Below, piece after piece: positions 60,980 through 64,000 of a stretch of DNA of 64,000 bases. Origin of the DNA: Bdellovibrionota bacterium (GTDB lineage: Bacteria; Bdellovibrionota_C; UBA2361; JAAYZI01); contig JBMNIF010000002.1 in assembly GCA_050950765.1 (NCBI GenBank), positions 864,001 to 928,000 of the forward strand, given 5' to 3'. The notes beneath the pieces were generated by a model, which was not told the DNA's origin, made no database searches, and saw nothing but the letters and a program-made list of their open reading frames with translations. Within the stretch, counting starts at the first letter, position 1; each line of letters opens with the position of its first letter. A program made the translations under genes and the position numbers.

Positions 60980-62185
60980 TTAAGCGAATTCCTTTCTTTT
61001 AGGATAGGCCGTAAGTGCTGCTAAAAGGATAATGATAGCGGTTATTGCGATAGCGTGCGCTGGACCGTAGATCTCTGTTGTCCAGCCGATAAGGAGAGAT
61101 CCAAACGGAACAAACCCGAAAAATGTCAGTAAATAGATACTCATAACTCTGCCGCGTAAGTCCGGTTGTACATAAAGTTGAATAAAAGAATTGGTCAGGG
61201 TGAAGATAAATTGTGATGATAAACCGACCATAAAAAGTAATGCGATTGATGACGCTAAAGAGGTGCTGGCAGATAATAATAAGAGGAAGCAGGGGAATAT
61301 AATTAAACTATTAAAAAATAACGTAATGCGTTGTTTGGATGTTGCCAAGTTCGCTAAAATTAAAGCAGCTGCGAGTGCACCGACACCACGAGCTGTTTGT
61401 AAAAAACCGTTAGTGCTGGCATCTCCGTGTAAAATATCTACTGCCCAAGCTGGTAAGATCGTAAAAAGCGAAATACCAAAACAACTTATTAACATGGTAA
61501 TAGCCATTAGTAATCGTATCTGAGGATGGCGCACAGAATATTTAATCCCTTCTAGTACCTCTTCACGCAAGTTTCTCTTATCGACACTTTTAGTTTTGTG
61601 AGTAACCTTCATGCTCAATAAAGCTCCCAGAACCGCTAAGAATGTAACGGCGTTAATACTAAAGCACCAAGCTGCACCCCACACAGAATAGATAATTCCA
61701 CCGACAGCAGGGCCTAAAGACGTTCCAGTATGAAACAAAACTGAGTTTAGGGCGATGGCGTTCGGAAGGTCTTCATTAGGTACAATTTCGGCGATAAAGG
61801 CGTGTCGCGCCGGTGTATCAAAGGCGTTTGCCATACCGGTAAAAAAGCTTAAGAGTATGATGTGCCAAGGTTTAACCGTGCCGCTAAAGGTTAAGAAAGC
61901 AAGTACTAGCGCCAGTAGCATCATCGCCGATTGCGCCATGATAAGGATCTTGCGACGTGAATACCGATCGGCAACTACTCCTGAATATAACATTAAGATC
62001 CAAGCAGGTAGTCCGCCAAAGAAGGTAACGTAACCGAGGAAGGCGGGGGAGCCTGTAAGTTCATAAACCAAAAAGCCTTGCGCTGAAGCCTGCACCCAGT
62101 ATCCGAAGACAGATATCATCTGTCCCCAAAACCAGATACGATAATTGGGATGCTTTAAAGCTGCGAAGGTTTTTACGGAAAACAT
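60980..62185 (-). CDS. MFS transporter (MFS_3-like)
   Basis: G..ADRYSRR, NAIALNS, LRGRVMS; about 12 TM segments. Confidence 0.9.
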   Translation of the reverse strand: MFSVKTFAALKHPNYRIWFWGQMISVFGYWVQASAQGFLVYELTGSPAFLGYVTFFGGLPAWILMLYSGVVADRYSRRKILIMAQSAMMLLALVLAFLTFSGTVKPWHIILLSFFTGMANAFDTPARHAFIAEIVPNEDLPNAIALNSVLFHTGTSLGPAVGGIIYSVWGAAWCFSINAVTFLAVLGALLSMKVTHKTKSVDKRNLREEVLEGIKYSVRHPQIRLLMAITMLISCFGISLFTILPAWAVDILHGDASTNGFLQTARGVGALAAALILANLATSKQRITLFFNSLIIFPCFLLLLSASTSLASSIALLFMVGLSSQFIFTLTNSFIQLYVQPDLRGRVMSIYLLTFFGFVPFGSLLIGWTTEIYGPAHAIAITAIIILLAALTAYPKRKEFA

Positions 62186-62278
62186 AGTTACGACTTATTG
62201 CGCGAGGTGGTGTCGGATCTCGCCCCCTGTACACTTTAAAAAAGCATGAAGGGGGCGATAGATAAAATGAGAGGGCAA

Positions 62279-62962
62279 CTACTTATCAGTTTGTTCCTGC
62301 GAATTCGCCTCTGCAAATTCCGCTAGCAAGATCCCGTTTTCAATGGTGAATTTTTCCACATAAACACCTCCCTCTTCCTTGTGTTTTTGTGATAGGGGTA
62401 TATAAGTGGCAAAAAAGCTATTAAGAGCAATATTAATATCATCAGGAACTTCGCCTTGATTGAAGTGAAGATCAGTAATCTTCATCGCTGGAGTACCATC
62501 ATCAAGAGGCTTGAATTTTATAACGACAAAACCGTTTAGATATTTATCAATGATCGGGATGGAAAAATCCACTTTCATAGCATCACCGGACATCGTCACA
62601 AAAGCACGATCTTTTACCCCTTCGAAAAAATTATGCTGCGCTATTAATGTATTAATATCAGTAGCTGAAAGTTTAAAGGAGGCTGACTTATTTGCCTCTA
62701 AGGCACGAACCTGCTTATCATATTCACCTTTCAGATTAGAATATTCAGCAGGTGATAATGTTTGTACGGCAACTGTAAGAGGCTCAGAGCTTAAAAGAGG
62801 TGTTATCTTGGCTATTAGTTGAGACTTAAGGTGGTAGTATCCAAAGATGCTCCCCACAAAAAGTAAAACGGCAATGATTATTACTGATAGGCAACCGTAA
62901 AATAAACAACCATTATTTGTATCTAAATCTGTTTCACTTTGATTTTTGATATTTGCGTTCAT
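62279..62962 (-). CDS. Hypothetical membrane-anchored protein
   Basis: GCLFYGCL followed by an N-terminal TM segment. Confidence 0.7.
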   Translation of the reverse strand: MNANIKNQSETDLDTNNGCLFYGCLSVIIIAVLLFVGSIFGYYHLKSQLIAKITPLLSSEPLTVAVQTLSPAEYSNLKGEYDKQVRALEANKSASFKLSATDINTLIAQHNFFEGVKDRAFVTMSGDAMKVDFSIPIIDKYLNGFVVIKFKPLDDGTPAMKITDLHFNQGEVPDDINIALNSFFATYIPLSQKHKEEGGVYVEKFTIENGILLAEFAEANSQEQTDK

Positions 62963-63214
62963 TATAAAAGACCCTTATTTTTCGAGAAAACTACATAAAC
63001 GTATAGACGTAGAGATAGTATATAAAAAAAAACAAAAAGTAACTAGGTGCTAAGATATTATGCGTTGTGGCTCATAATTCAATATCACTGAAATAGCGTA
63101 GGTGCCACTAAAAAGGAAGAGGGGGGTATTTTTAGAGTGAGTTAGGCGTAAATATTAGAGTGCAGATAGAAACAAGGTAGGGATGTCGTTTGGAGGAGTA
63201 TTAAGGGGAAAAAA

Positions 63215-64000
63215 TTACTCTAGCCCTGTTTTTAATAATAACCACCTATTTTCAGCAGGTGCGCCCGTTCGGGAGGTTCCCATACGCACCCAGACTTTCG
63301 CCATGAAGATGAAATTAATATAACCGTCTTTTGCCACAGCTTCTGCTGGTGGATGTGGGTCTCTAGCACTACTATGAATAGCTTGCAAAACTGCTTCATC
63401 AAAGTTTCGACTCTCTGATTTTTGTAAAAACTCAACGTCTTTTAATTCACCCGTAGGAGAAAGTTTGGCGCGAAAAACTGCAGAGCCTTTAGCTGCACGG
63501 ATATCAGCGGCACTTAAAGCGCTCCAACTCTGTTGTTTTAAACGATAAAAAACTTGAGTTGCGACGCGTCTAACAAAGGTGGCGAATTTATCAGCTTTGG
63601 CGTTAAGTAATGTTATATCGCCATCACTAATTCCAGGGATATAATCACTAGAGCCGTTTATGCCGATAAAGCGCGCGCCACTTCCGCTCGATCTTGAAAA
63701 GGGGGCGGGGTCTGCAACTTGCAAAGGCTCTGAGGTGTCGTATTGTTTACCATGCCCCAACTCACTAAGTAGGGCGTAGTCCGGACTTAAGTCTAAGGTT
63801 TGTGATTGTGATGATGTGGCTAAGTGATTATCAGAGAAGATCGCTCCCTTTCCACTTGCTCCACCACTTGCGGAGATATTTTTAGCGGTGCCTACTATTT
63901 TAGAAGACCCTTTTGAAGGGTGTGTAGATCCAGTAGAAGTTTGACTCTGTTTATTAGTAGCCTTTGAAGAACCTTTTACATTAGTTAGTCTTTGCTTATT
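63215..64000 (-). CDS. TonB C-terminal domain protein (5'-truncated by window edge)
   Basis: Frame is open to the window end; TLLNAK..FATFVRRV, G.L....KS...FDEA..AI, PPAE. Confidence 0.7.
   Translation of the reverse strand, partial: NKQRLTNVKGSSKATNKQSQTSTGSTHPSKGSSKIVGTAKNISASGGASGKGAIFSDNHLATSSQSQTLDLSPDYALLSELGHGKQYDTSEPLQVADPAPFSRSSGSGARFIGINGSSDYIPGISDGDITLLNAKADKFATFVRRVATQVFYRLKQQSWSALSAADIRAAKGSAVFRAKLSPTGELKDVEFLQKSESRNFDEAVLQAIHSSARDPHPPAEAVAKDGYINFIFMAKVWVRMGTSRTGAPAENRWLLLKTGLE

Noticed and set aside
63101..63110. GGTGCCACTA as an additional core copy
   Set aside because: Too short and degenerate to distinguish from chance

Overview
Bacterial chromosomal window, probably from a deltaproteobacterium-like organism (inferred from gene content; not verified). 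It is mostly housekeeping genes: nrdR-ribE-ribBA, nuoCD-E-F, tig-clpP-clpX-lon, tRNA-Val, motAB, ihfB, usg/asd-like-truA, a membrane pyrophosphatase and dxs. The main unusual signal is a short palindromic core, (GAAG/GGTG/GGAG)GGTG[G/A]CACCA, present in about 55-57 copies by manual count. The copies are intergenic only and sit mostly in co-oriented arrays with reused modular linkers (19.7-20.7 kb, 27.4-28.0 kb, 29.3-29.5 kb, 32.3-34.8 kb, 38.9-39.9 kb). The arrays surround an HUH/Y1 REP-associated tyrosine transposase (RAYT-like, 28198-29166). An IS1634-family element has inserted into one array, with a 6-bp target-site duplication. An apparently foreign metE is bracketed by inverted copies of the core. 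The window also has many local duplications of gene ends (usg/asd 5' end x3, yjeF-like 5' and 3' ends, and the 3' ends of truA, rluA, lon and the RAYT).
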